DNA of 64,000 nucleotides from Candidatus Multivoradales bacterium (lineage in GTDB: Bacteria; Acidobacteriota; Thermoanaerobaculia; Multivoradales; JAHEKO01): the NCBI GenBank assembly GCA_965223155.1, contig CBDCVR010000015.1, positions 384,001 through 448,000 on the forward strand, read 5' to 3'. The notes beneath the pieces were generated by a model. That model was not told the DNA's origin. It was given only the letters and a program-made list of their open reading frames with translations, and ran no database searches. Below are positions 8,753 through 18,452 of the stretch, one piece after another (within the stretch, counting starts at the first letter, position 1; the number at the start of each line of letters is the position of its first letter). A program made the position numbers and the translations under genes.

Positions 8753-10393
8753 TCAGAAGGGAATACCGCAATCGTCGCGGGCGTAGCGGCCCGCTCGCTC
8801 CGCCAGACCGGCCTGAGTCGCCTCGGACTGACCCGATCCCGCGGCCTGTTCGAGCACGGTGTCGATGAAGGAAGCCGCCTCTTCGCAGCGGCCCTCCTCG
8901 GCCAGAGCGTCGGCGACCAGCACCGCGTGCGCGACCGAGGTCTCGGCGGCAAAGAGCTGCCGGGCCAGGCGGAGCGCCCGGGGGCCGTCCCGGAGCTCGG
9001 CGTCCGGGACTTCGACCAGAAACCGGGCCAGAAGATACGCCAGGCGCAGGTCCGACGGCGCCTGACGCTGGAGCGCGTCGAGCCGCTCGAGCGCTTCCTC
9101 GTGGCGACCGCTCTCGGCAAGCGCATCGGCCTCTCCCAGACGCGCCGCGAGGTTCGCCGGGTCGGCCTCGGCCACCGCCCCGAAATGCAGCGCCGCCTGG
9201 CCCGGTTTGCCCGAGGCGGCCAAAACGCGAGCCAGGGCGAGCCGGATTCCGGTATCCGCCGGAGCCAGAAGAGCGGCCTCCTTGAGGTGGGTCTCGGCGT
9301 CGGCAAGCGCCCCCGCCGCCGCCAGGAGCATGCCGAGATTGAACTGCGCGGTCTCGTTGCCCGGCGCCAGAGCAACGACTTCGCGAAAGACCTCGACGGC
9401 CTTGTCCTTCTCGCCTGCCGCTCCCAGAGCCGTTCCCAGATTGACGCTGGCGGAAACACTGGTCGGGTTCGCGGCAACCGCGCGCTCGAACGCCACGACC
9501 GCGTCCTGGTAGCGGCCGGCACGGAACGCGGCTTGCCCGCGCAGGAGAAACGCCCGCTCACCGGTCTTGAGCTCGACCAGGGAATCAATCACCGGATCGG
9601 CGGGACGGATGCCCACGATTCCCTTGCGAGCCACCAACTCGCGGGCCTCGTCCTCCCGGCCCAGCTTGCGATAGGCGAGAGCCAGGGGATAGTAGAGGCG
9701 GTTGGCATCGGGCGATTCGGCAAGCGCCGACTCGAGGAGCCGCACGCTCTCCCCGGCCCGATCGGTCGAGGCCAGAAGCTCCCCAAGGCCAGCCTGGGCC
9801 GCCGAGGAGGTCGGATCCACGCGCAAGGCTTCACGGTACAACCACTCGGCGCGGGCGGCCTGGCCGAGCTCGGCATAGCAGGTGGCGAGCCGCACGTAGG
9901 CCGGAGAGACTCCTGGAACGATAGCTAGCGACCGCTCGTAGAGAGCGATCGCGTCTTCGAGACGGCCCTCGGTCTGGGCGAGGTAGCCCAAGAGATAGGG
10001 CCAGCGGAAATCCCGCGGACTCCGTTCGGCCGCCGCTTCGTAGGCGGCTCGGGCGGGCTCGAAGAGCTCGTAGGCGTGGTAGTGGCGACCCAGCTCGCCC
10101 AGGGCCTCGGCGACCTCTCCCGGCTCGGCATCCTCGCGCGCGAGAACGTCTCGGACCAACTCGGACAGATCTCCGAGCTGTTCAGCCACCGCCGGCTCGA
10201 GATCGGCGCGCACAGCGTCCGGGAGCTGGACCGCTCGAAGAACCGAGGACGCGGCCGTCTCGTCGCCTCCCCGGCCGGAGGTCGCTGCTTGCTTGGCGCC
10301 GAAAGCGACGAGTCCCAGGGCGAACAGGACCGCCAACTTCGCCGCGCCAGGAGTCGTTCGCACCTCGGTCCTGGCTTGCCAACTCGGTCGCAT
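8753..10393 (-). CDS. Exported tetratricopeptide-repeat protein
   Basis: N-terminal hydrophobic segment; many TPR motifs (e.g. WPYLLGYLAQTEGRLEDAIALYERSLAIVP, AQFNLGMLLAAAG); RBS GGAGA and TACAAT upstream. Confidence 0.85.
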   Translation of the reverse strand: MRPSWQARTEVRTTPGAAKLAVLFALGLVAFGAKQAATSGRGGDETAASSVLRAVQLPDAVRADLEPAVAEQLGDLSELVRDVLAREDAEPGEVAEALGELGRHYHAYELFEPARAAYEAAAERSPRDFRWPYLLGYLAQTEGRLEDAIALYERSLAIVPGVSPAYVRLATCYAELGQAARAEWLYREALRVDPTSSAAQAGLGELLASTDRAGESVRLLESALAESPDANRLYYPLALAYRKLGREDEARELVARKGIVGIRPADPVIDSLVELKTGERAFLLRGQAAFRAGRYQDAVVAFERAVAANPTSVSASVNLGTALGAAGEKDKAVEVFREVVALAPGNETAQFNLGMLLAAAGALADAETHLKEAALLAPADTGIRLALARVLAASGKPGQAALHFGAVAEADPANLAARLGEADALAESGRHEEALERLDALQRQAPSDLRLAYLLARFLVEVPDAELRDGPRALRLARQLFAAETSVAHAVLVADALAEEGRCEEAASFIDTVLEQAAGSGQSEATQAGLAERAGRYARDDCGIPF

Positions 10394-10487
10394 ATCATCT
10401 CCGGAGGTCTCTGGTTCCGAGCCACCGGAGCGTCATTGTACTGGCACCGTCTCGATTCCATCTCGACCGCTCACAAAGCCCCAAAGC

Positions 10488-11579
10488 ATGACCTCGGCCC
10501 CCGCTCCAGGCGTCCTATCGAAGTCACGACCCGCGCCCGAGATTTCGATCTGCACGGTTACCTACAACGCGGAAGCCGACCTCGAGGCCTTCTTCGAGGC
10601 ATGGAGCGCTCTCGACGGCGGCCCGTACGAGCTCACCGTGGTCGATTGCGCCAGCACCGACCGCACCCCCGAAATCCTGGAACGAGCACGAGCCCCGCAC
10701 GCAGCCCGAAGCCGGAAGCTCGAGGTTCTTCCCCAGGCGTCGAACCTCGGCTTCACCGGCGGGATGAACCTGGCTCTGGACCGGACCCTCGCTCGGGCCA
10801 CGGGCGATTGGGTGCTTCTGCTGAATGCCGACGCACGCCCCGAGCCCGGCTTCGCAGAACGGCTGACGGCCGCGGCACGCGAGGCACCGGACGACGTCGG
10901 CGCGATCACCCCCAAGTTGCTGTCCGGTACGGGAACCAGAATCGACGCCGCCGGGATGCGGCTTGTCCCCGGCTGGCGCCACCTCAACCGGGGCTCGGGA
11001 CAGCCCGATGACGGCCGCTTCGAAGCTCGCCGCGAGGTGTTTGGTGGCACCGGGGCGGCGACCCTCTTCCGCCGCGCCGCCCTGCTCGACGTTGCCCTGG
11101 ATGGCGAGGTCTTTCTCGAGGAGTTCCACAGTTTTCGCGAGGACGCTGAGCTGGCCTTCCGCCTGCGCGAGCGGGGATGGCGCGTGCTCTACGAGCCGGC
11201 CGCCCGCTGCCATCACGATCATCGCAATACCCCCGCCAGCCGGCGGCGCATGAGTCCGGCGGTCAATTTCCACAGCCTCAAGAACCGCTACTTGCTGCGC
11301 GCCTACCACGGCACCTGGGCAAGCGCTCTCGCAACGTTTCCCGCCGCCGCCGTGCGCGACCTCGGCATCGCCTTCTACGTCGCATTGTTCGAGCGCTCCT
11401 CGATTGCCGCCTATCGCTGGCTCTGGAACCGGCGCTCGGAGATCCGCCGGCGCCGGCAGGCCATCCGCCGCCGCCGGACGCGGAGTCCGTGGGCCACCGC
11501 GCGCTGGTTCTGGCGGTCGAGCCGGCCAGCGCCGGCAGGCTCGCAAGCAGGACCGGAACCCGGGAACCCGGATCGATGA
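10488..11579 (+). CDS. Glycosyltransferase family 2
   Basis: ISICTVTYN, VVDCASTD, NLGFTGGMN, LLLNADA, FREDAELAFR. Start re-called to ATG 10488. Confidence 0.9.
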   Translation: MTSAPAPGVLSKSRPAPEISICTVTYNAEADLEAFFEAWSALDGGPYELTVVDCASTDRTPEILERARAPHAARSRKLEVLPQASNLGFTGGMNLALDRTLARATGDWVLLLNADARPEPGFAERLTAAAREAPDDVGAITPKLLSGTGTRIDAAGMRLVPGWRHLNRGSGQPDDGRFEARREVFGGTGAATLFRRAALLDVALDGEVFLEEFHSFREDAELAFRLRERGWRVLYEPAARCHHDHRNTPASRRRMSPAVNFHSLKNRYLLRAYHGTWASALATFPAAAVRDLGIAFYVALFERSSIAAYRWLWNRRSEIRRRRQAIRRRRTRSPWATARWFWRSSRPAPAGSQAGPEPGNPDR

Positions 11580-12682
11580 CCCGCCGGCAACGGATCGCCC
11601 TCATCGGCAGCCGCGGAGTACCGGCTCGCTACGGCGGCTTCGAGACCCTGATGGCCGAGCTGGCACCCCGGCTCGTGCGCCGGGGATTCAAGGTAACGGT
11701 CTACTGCCGCAAGCCGTTCGCCGAGCCCGGGAGAACCAAGTTTCGTGGCGCCAGCACGGTAACTCTGCCCACCGTTTCGACCAAGCACCTCGAAACCCCG
11801 GTACACACGCTGCTGGCGGCGAGCCATGCCGCCGGCCGCTTTGACGCGGCCCTGGTTGTCAACGGCGCCAACTCCATCTTCGTCCCGATCCTCCAGGCAG
11901 CGGGCACGCGGGTCGCCCTGAACGTAGACGGCATCGAGAGCCAGCGTGCCAAGTGGGGTGTTCTCGGACGCGCAACCTACTCGGTCTCGGAACGGCTAGC
12001 CGCCAACCTCCCCGACGCCCTGATCGCCGACGCCGAGGTCATTCGCCGGCACTACGCCGGCCGCTACGGCGTCGAGGCCACAGTCCTCACCTACGGCGTC
12101 CCCGGCGGACCTCTGCCGGCGGGAGAGACGCTCGACCGGCTGGGTCTCGCAAGCCGCGGCTACTTCCTCTACGTCAGCCGATTCGAGCCCGAGAATAATC
12201 CCCACCGCGTCGTCGAGGCGTACCGGGCCGTCGGCGGCGAGATGCCTCTGGTCATGGTGGGCTGGGCCCCCTACGCGGGCGACTTCGTGACGAAGGTTCG
12301 TGAGCGAGCCGATTCCCGGGCCCTCTTTCCGGGCCCGGTCTACGGCGACGCCTATCGCGAGCTCCTGTCCAACGCCTACGCCTACGTCCAGGCGACCGAG
12401 GTTGGGGGCACGCATCCAGCCCTGGTCGAGGCCATGGGGCTCGGCAATTGCGTCCTGGTCAACGACACGCCCGAGAACCGCGAGGTTGCCGGTGCGACGG
12501 GCCTCTACTTCGACGCCCACCGGCCGGAGACCCTGACCCGGGCCTTCGACCGGGTGCGCTCCGACCCGGCGCTGGTCGATACCCGCGGCGCCAAGGCACG
12601 GGCGCGCGCCGAAGCCCGCTACTCGTGGGAGCGGATCGCCGACGGCTACGCCGAGCTCTTCCGGAAACTGATTCCGAGCTGA
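11576..12682 (+). CDS. Glycosyltransferase family 4 (DUF1972-type N-terminus)
   Basis: IALIGSRGVPARYGGFET, NVDGIE, YVSRFEPENN, EVGGTHPALVEAMG; ATGA overlap with the upstream gene. Confidence 0.9.
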   Translation: MTRRQRIALIGSRGVPARYGGFETLMAELAPRLVRRGFKVTVYCRKPFAEPGRTKFRGASTVTLPTVSTKHLETPVHTLLAASHAAGRFDAALVVNGANSIFVPILQAAGTRVALNVDGIESQRAKWGVLGRATYSVSERLAANLPDALIADAEVIRRHYAGRYGVEATVLTYGVPGGPLPAGETLDRLGLASRGYFLYVSRFEPENNPHRVVEAYRAVGGEMPLVMVGWAPYAGDFVTKVRERADSRALFPGPVYGDAYRELLSNAYAYVQATEVGGTHPALVEAMGLGNCVLVNDTPENREVAGATGLYFDAHRPETLTRAFDRVRSDPALVDTRGAKARARAEARYSWERIADGYAELFRKLIPS

Positions 12683-12696
12683 AAATCACTCTCGCA

Positions 12697-12702
12697 TATA
12701 CT
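12697..12702 (+). promoter_or_regulatory. Possible -10 element upstream of the priming transferase
   Basis: TATACT 24 nt upstream of ATG 12727, followed by RBS GAAGGA; no clear -35. Confidence 0.35.
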
Positions 12703-12726
12703 CGGCCGCCCCTGGGACGAAGGACG

Positions 12727-14172
12727 ATGTTGAAGGAGCGCTCACTCTTGGTCGCCGGTGCCCTGGCGACTCTCGATGGCCTCGCGATCGGCTTCGCGTT
12801 CGCGCTTGCCTACACAGCGAGGTCGAGTCTCGTGCTCCGCGAGCGTTTCGGCTTGAGCGAGCTCTTGCCGATCGAGCGGTATCTGTTCTTGCTGCCGCTT
12901 GCCGCGCTCTTCTGGCTCGCCGCTCTCTACCTTGCCGGCGCCTACCGCTCACACCGCATCAAGTCCCTTGCCCACGAGGTGGGAGAGGTCGTTGTCGCGA
13001 CCGGACTGGCAAGCCTGCTTCTGGTGGTCACCATCTTCTTCTTGCGCCTGGATCTTCGAATGCTCTCGGGACACCCGGTGAGCCGCGGATTCCTCGCGCT
13101 CTGGATCCTGGCCGGAGCGGCCAGCGTCGCCCTCGGGAGGATCGTGGTGCGGGTGCTGGCTTATGCGGCACGGCGGAGCGGCCGGAACTTCCGCAACATC
13201 CTGATCGTGGGATCCTCGCCCGCCGGGCGCCGCGTGGCCCGCAGCCTCGCTCAGCAGCAGCGTTTCGGCTTCCGCATCCTGGGCCTGGTCGCCGACGATT
13301 TCTCGAACCTGGAGGCGATCGACGGGATCCCGGTTCTGGGACCGCTCGACCGACTCATTCCCATCCTGGAAGCGGAGGTGGTCGACGAGGTCGTCCTGGC
13401 GACGACCCGAGCTTCGCACCAGGAATCGATACGCCTGGCGCAGTCGTTGCGCGCGCGCGGCGTCAATACCAGCGTGGCCTTGCCACCGGTGTTCGAGCGC
13501 CGCGTCCGGTCCGAGATGGCCCTGGTCGGAGATGTCCAGCTCCTGCGCTTCTACAGTTCGCCCTCGAGCGTGGCCAAGCTGGCGGCCAAGCGCTGCTTCG
13601 ATTGGATCGTCGCCTCGGGATTGCTGGTGGCGTTCTCGCCGCTCTTGGGCCTGATCGCCCTGCTCGTGCGCGCGACCGGGCCGGCTCCGGTTCTCTTCCG
13701 CCAGCAGCGGGTCGGGCTCAACGGCCGGCGCTTCACGCTCTACAAGTTCCGCACCATGGCTCCGGACGCGGAGTCGGCCCTGGGCGAGCTAGCCGGCCGC
13801 AACGAGATGTCGGGACCGGTGTTCAAGCTGCGCGCCGACCCCAGGGTCACGCCCCTGGGCCGGGTCCTGCGCCGGCTGAGCCTGGACGAGCTGCCGCAGC
13901 TCTGGAACGTCGTGCGCGGAGACATGAGTCTGGTGGGCCCGCGTCCGCCCCTCCCCGAAGAGGTTGACGCCTACGAGCCCCACCATCGGCGGCGGCTCTC
14001 GATGCGCCCCGGCATCACCGGTCCGTGGCAGGTCGGCGGGCGCAGCACGGTGGACTTCGACCGCTGGATGGAGATGGATCTCGCCTACATCGAAGATTGG
14101 TCGCTGTGGCTGGATCTCAAGATCCTGGCCCGCACCGTGCCCGCGGTCCTGTCCGGCCGGGGCGCGTACTAG
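12727..14172 (+). CDS. Undecaprenyl-phosphate sugar phosphotransferase (WcaJ/WbaP-type priming enzyme)
   Basis: N-terminal TM helices, Rossmann-like middle, KRCFDW, FTLYKFRTM, DPRVT, SLDELPQLWNVVRGDMSLVGPRP, PGITGPWQV. Confidence 0.93.
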   Translation: MLKERSLLVAGALATLDGLAIGFAFALAYTARSSLVLRERFGLSELLPIERYLFLLPLAALFWLAALYLAGAYRSHRIKSLAHEVGEVVVATGLASLLLVVTIFFLRLDLRMLSGHPVSRGFLALWILAGAASVALGRIVVRVLAYAARRSGRNFRNILIVGSSPAGRRVARSLAQQQRFGFRILGLVADDFSNLEAIDGIPVLGPLDRLIPILEAEVVDEVVLATTRASHQESIRLAQSLRARGVNTSVALPPVFERRVRSEMALVGDVQLLRFYSSPSSVAKLAAKRCFDWIVASGLLVAFSPLLGLIALLVRATGPAPVLFRQQRVGLNGRRFTLYKFRTMAPDAESALGELAGRNEMSGPVFKLRADPRVTPLGRVLRRLSLDELPQLWNVVRGDMSLVGPRPPLPEEVDAYEPHHRRRLSMRPGITGPWQVGGRSTVDFDRWMEMDLAYIEDWSLWLDLKILARTVPAVLSGRGAY

Positions 14173-14217
14173 GCCGGGCCGGACCGGAAGCGCACGGCCG
14201 GCCGCGGCTGGGCAGCC

Positions 14218-16158
14218 CTAGTAGCCCGCCCGCAGGTACCGGCCGAGGCCGGTCTCGAGAGCGTCCCGGAGCTCCTCGAGCGCCGTCTCGGATCGCTCCT
14301 CGCCGCGATCCGCCTCGACGATCCAGACACTCGGGAATCCGTTGAAGGTCTCGAAGCGCTCGTGGCGCTCGAGACCGGCGAAAACCGGGTCGTCGCTGAC
14401 CCCGTAGTCGCAGAAGCGCGGCGCGCCCCAGCCGGTGCCGGCCAGGAGCTCGGCCAGGAGCTCGCGGCTGAAGAGCAATCGGTGGCCCCACCCGTAGAAT
14501 GCGCGGTTGAGCGCCAGCGTCTGCTCGACCGGGCTGCTATCTCGGGACGCCAGCTCCAGGTGGGTCGCGAGCACCCACTCCACGGCCGGCGTGGACAGGC
14601 GCAGGGTCCCACCGACACGAGTCGCCTTCCATGCTTCATCCAGCATCGACACCGCGCCCTCGGGACCCAGATGTTCCAGAAGGTGTTCGGCAAAGACGTA
14701 CTCGAGATCTCGAAACGGCCAGGGCCGGGTCACGTCCAGAACCTGATCGACGCCCGGGAATCGCCTGATGTCTACGTTCCACCAGCCTTCCAGCGGATTG
14801 TCGCGGCCGCAACCCAGATGAATTCGCCGTGCGCGCGAGCCTCCGGAAAGACGATTGCCGAGCCCGCGCGCAATGCGGCTTGCCCGGGCGCGCAGACCGG
14901 CGGCCGCTCCGGACGCATCTGCCAGAGACGCCGGAAGCGCCGCGGACGCTCGGGATCTTCGACGTGCGCTTATCGAACCGGCGACGGTCTCGGTCGGAGC
15001 CCGATCGACAAAGCTCCGAACGGGCTCGAGAACCTCGGTCCAGGTGTGGTCCCGAACCAACTCGCGCCCCCGCTGAGCCAGCCGGGCTCGTGTCTCGACC
15101 GATTCGAGGAGCTCGGTCAAGGTCCCGACGAGCGCTTCGGCATCGCCCGGCGGCACCAGGCGGCACGCTCGCCGCTCGGCCAGGATCCGGCTGGCGCCGC
15201 CGCCCTCGGTAGCCACCACCGGCAGACCCGCCCACAAGTAGTCCAGAACCCGCGTCCTCATCGAGACCTCGGTCTCGAAGCGCGGACGGTGCAGGACGAC
15301 GCCCACGGTGGATTCGAGATAGAGGCTCGCCCGCTCGGCATAGGGCACCCAGGGAACGAGGAAGACGGTGCGATCCAACCAGCCCCGCCGCCGGGCCAGC
15401 TCCAGGGCCTCGTCGAGCGCCTCCTGGGGCGTCGAATCCGGATGCGGGTTCGAGGAGAAGACGACTCGCACGTCGGGAAAGCGGTCGAGAAGCGCGGGCA
15501 AGGCCTCGAGCAAGGTTCCGGGGTCGTACCAGTCGTAGACGCCGCCGAAGAACAGGATCGGATCTTCCGGGCCGACGCCCGGCAGAACGCCGCGAAGCAC
15601 CGGTGGACCGGCAACCGGCATCTGATCCGGCACGCCGAAAGGCACCTTGACGATCAACTCGCACAGGCTCGCGTCCTGCTCGTAGGCCGGCCCGTCCAAA
15701 CGGCCGAGCGCGAACAGCATTCCCAGGTAGAAGAGCCGTTGCTCGTCGGTCGAGCACAGAAAAAAATCGCCGTGCCGGAGCTGACGGACGAGGGTCTCGC
15801 GGTCGCGAACGGACTGCTCGTAGCCGATCGTCTTGGTGTAGTTCAAGTTCTCGATCGGGAACGGGTCGTACAGATCGACCACCAGCGGCCGTTCGACGCC
15901 GCAGTCGAAATAGACGTCCGAGGCATGACCGAGGACCACCACGACTTGAGCGGCCTCGGCCAGGGCGCCAATCGACCCGGCGTCGTACCGCCGCAGGCGA
16001 AATCCCGGTGGCGCCGGAGCGTCGGCTGGGTCGTTGGGAATCCCCAGGATCACCTCTGCCGACGTGGCCAGGACGCGCGCCGTCTCCCAGGAGCGAATGC
16101 CCATGCCGGCCAGGACCGGCCGGATCGGCTCGGGACAGAGGATCAGGACGCGCTTCAC
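14218..16158 (-). CDS. GT4 glycosyltransferase fused to a C-terminal SAM-dependent methyltransferase
   Basis: Start re-called to GTG 16158 (GTGA overlap). GT-B motifs FFGGVYDWYDP and RTRVLDYLWAGLPVV; MTase motif IHLGCG...NVD...EHLLEHL...GGTLRLSTP. Confidence 0.85.
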   Translation of the reverse strand: MKRVLILCPEPIRPVLAGMGIRSWETARVLATSAEVILGIPNDPADAPAPPGFRLRRYDAGSIGALAEAAQVVVVLGHASDVYFDCGVERPLVVDLYDPFPIENLNYTKTIGYEQSVRDRETLVRQLRHGDFFLCSTDEQRLFYLGMLFALGRLDGPAYEQDASLCELIVKVPFGVPDQMPVAGPPVLRGVLPGVGPEDPILFFGGVYDWYDPGTLLEALPALLDRFPDVRVVFSSNPHPDSTPQEALDEALELARRRGWLDRTVFLVPWVPYAERASLYLESTVGVVLHRPRFETEVSMRTRVLDYLWAGLPVVATEGGGASRILAERRACRLVPPGDAEALVGTLTELLESVETRARLAQRGRELVRDHTWTEVLEPVRSFVDRAPTETVAGSISARRRSRASAALPASLADASGAAAGLRARASRIARGLGNRLSGGSRARRIHLGCGRDNPLEGWWNVDIRRFPGVDQVLDVTRPWPFRDLEYVFAEHLLEHLGPEGAVSMLDEAWKATRVGGTLRLSTPAVEWVLATHLELASRDSSPVEQTLALNRAFYGWGHRLLFSRELLAELLAGTGWGAPRFCDYGVSDDPVFAGLERHERFETFNGFPSVWIVEADRGEERSETALEELRDALETGLGRYLRAGY

Positions 16159-17102
16159 GAGACGACACTCCGGCCTTGCGCCGCGCCGCGCTGGTAGGCA
16201 CAACTCAGCACCCCGTGAAGAAGACGCCTTGGCAGGGGGACACCGGCCCGATCGACGAGAGACAGTACCGGCACCGCCGCACGGGCCGCTCCCGCTGCGA
16301 CCCCGAGCCAGGGACGGGATCGCACGGGCGCGATGAGGTCGTTCGCCCGGAGCTCCGGATGGAGCTCGAAGAGTGTCGCCAGGCCCCGGCCCACTTGCTC
16401 CTGGCGCCGCCAAACGGACTCCAGGGTCATCGGATGGAGGTGCTCGCCGGCGGCCCCGGGGTGGTAGTAAAGCGGCACGCCCGCGCAGTGCAGCCGATAG
16501 CCCAGCTCGACATCCTCCCAGCCGTACTCCCGGAAGGCCGGGTGAAACGGCCGCTCTCCGAGCACTCGCCGCGGCACCGAGAGGTTCGAGGTGAAAAAGC
16601 ACGTAAACGGCACTTCCTCACCCGCCGGCATGGAGCCGTACCCGAACTGGTACCCGTCGCGATTGACCATTTCGAGAACCGGCGTCACCCGCATGCTCTC
16701 GCGGCACCAATCCGTGAAGCCGACCACCGCGACGTCCTGGTCTGACGAGCTGGCACCGGTTCGCCCGCCTCGGTGAAGATGAAAGGCCCGATGTTCGGCC
16801 AGAGCCTCCGGCTTGAGCAGGACGTCGTCCCCCAGAAAAACGACCAACCCCGTTTCGATCGTTCGAAGCGCCCGATTCCGGGCCGCTCCCTGTCCCGCCC
16901 GATCCTGCTCCAGCACGGCCAGACTGAGCCTCGAACCGCCGGTCGAAAGCGTCTTCAGCCATTCCCGCGTGCCGTCGCTCGAGCCGTCATCGACCACCAC
17001 CACGCGGAACTCCCGGAACGTTTGCCGTTCCAGCGCTTCTAGAGTGCGCGCCAGGATCGAGCGGCGGTTATGAGTCGCAACGACGACGTGCACGGCTTCC
17101 AC
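16155..17102 (-). CDS. Glycosyltransferase family 2
   Basis: VVVATHNR, VVDDGSSDGT, ARNRAL, FLGDD, YGWEDVELGYRL. Start re-called to GTG 17102. Confidence 0.88.
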   Translation of the reverse strand: MEAVHVVVATHNRRSILARTLEALERQTFREFRVVVVDDGSSDGTREWLKTLSTGGSRLSLAVLEQDRAGQGAARNRALRTIETGLVVFLGDDVLLKPEALAEHRAFHLHRGGRTGASSSDQDVAVVGFTDWCRESMRVTPVLEMVNRDGYQFGYGSMPAGEEVPFTCFFTSNLSVPRRVLGERPFHPAFREYGWEDVELGYRLHCAGVPLYYHPGAAGEHLHPMTLESVWRRQEQVGRGLATLFELHPELRANDLIAPVRSRPWLGVAAGAARAAVPVLSLVDRAGVPLPRRLLHGVLSCAYQRGAAQGRSVVS

Positions 17103-17243
17103 TGAAACGTTCTCCGGACGAGGTCGGCACGGCTCGCCGGCCGGGACCCACGGTTGTTGATAGCGTACCTCCCACGGAACGCCAGCGAAACGAACCACCG
17201 CCTCTCTTCGTTCCCCGCCCCCCAGCCTCTACCCGACCTCGAG

Positions 17244-18452
17244 ATGCCGAACCCTGCCAAAGTCTCGGTTGCGATCACCAGCTGGAACGGCCGCTCACAC
17301 CTCGAAACCTGCCTGCCTGCGCTCGAGGACCAGCGGCCTTGCGGTCTGGACTGGGAGGTCCTGGTGCTCGACAACGGTTCGGACGACGGCACGGCGGACT
17401 GGGTTGGGCGTGCGCACCCTCGGGTCCGGGTGGTCGAAAGCTCGGAGAACTTGGGGTTTTGCGCCGGCAACAACCGCCTGGTCGCCGAGGCCGATGGCGA
17501 TCTCATCGCCCTGCTCAACAACGACGCGCGGCCGCGGCCCGACTGGCTCGCGGGCCTGGTCGACGGCTTGCTCTCGGCCCCACCGGACGTGGTGGCGGTT
17601 TCCGGCAAGATTCTGGACTGGGAGGGCGCCCGTCTCGATTTCGGCAGAGGACTCCTGGTCTTCGACGGCCACGCCTTCCAGCTCGACTTTCGACGACCTC
17701 TGGACTCGGCGCGCGTCCCCGAGCCCGGTGCCGAGCTTCCCTTCGCTTGTGGCGCCAACATGCTGGTCCGGCGCGAGGCGTTCCGAGCCGCCGGCGGCTT
17801 CGACGAGGCCTATTTCGCCTATCTGGAAGACGTGGACCTGGGCTGGCGGCTGTGGTCCCGGGGCGGCCGGATCGTGTCGGCCCCGGAGGGCGTCGTCCAT
17901 CACCGGTCTGGCGCCACCGGGGGCGTTCTGGGCAACGCCGAGCGCGGTTTCCTGATCGAGCGCAACGCGTTCTTGACCGCCTACAAGAACTACGAGGCCG
18001 GTCTCTTCGAGGCGGTGCTACCCCTCATCTTGACCACCCTCATGAACCGAGCCCGAGCTCTGGTGGCCGCCGACGTCGAGCCCGGCAAGGGCGCCGCAGG
18101 AGCCCTCGACCTGGTCTCCGCCGTTCGGCGTTTCGGGTTGCGGACCTCGATCCGCAAGGGGCTCGGCCGGCTGCGGGGTGCAGCGTCTAGGCCCGCAAAG
18201 CCGCCCAGCGATCGCACTCAGGCGCAGCTGCGTGCCATCGACGCCATCTTGACGGGCCTCGATCTCGCCGCCGCCGGCCGGGCCGAAGTCCAGAGCCGAC
18301 GGTCGCGGTCCGACCGAGAGTACTTCGAGCGCTTCCCCGTCTACGTCGTGCCGACCTACCCGGGCGACGCCGAGTTGTTTGCGAGTGCGGCGTTTGCCGC
18401 GCTATGGCCGGACGAGCTTCCCGCCATCCACGCCGGCCTCGATGAGATCTGA
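17244..18452 (+). CDS. Glycosyltransferase family 2 (rhamnosyltransferase-like)
   Basis: VAITSWNG, LDNGSDDGT, NLGFCAGNN, LLNND, GGFDEAYFAYLEDVDLGWR. Confidence 0.9.
   Translation: MPNPAKVSVAITSWNGRSHLETCLPALEDQRPCGLDWEVLVLDNGSDDGTADWVGRAHPRVRVVESSENLGFCAGNNRLVAEADGDLIALLNNDARPRPDWLAGLVDGLLSAPPDVVAVSGKILDWEGARLDFGRGLLVFDGHAFQLDFRRPLDSARVPEPGAELPFACGANMLVRREAFRAAGGFDEAYFAYLEDVDLGWRLWSRGGRIVSAPEGVVHHRSGATGGVLGNAERGFLIERNAFLTAYKNYEAGLFEAVLPLILTTLMNRARALVAADVEPGKGAAGALDLVSAVRRFGLRTSIRKGLGRLRGAASRPAKPPSDRTQAQLRAIDAILTGLDLAAAGRAEVQSRRSRSDREYFERFPVYVVPTYPGDAELFASAAFAALWPDELPAIHAGLDEI

Noticed and set aside
14362-16197. 611-aa plus-strand ORF
   Set aside because: Antisense shadow of the GT4-methyltransferase gene, typical of high-GC DNA.
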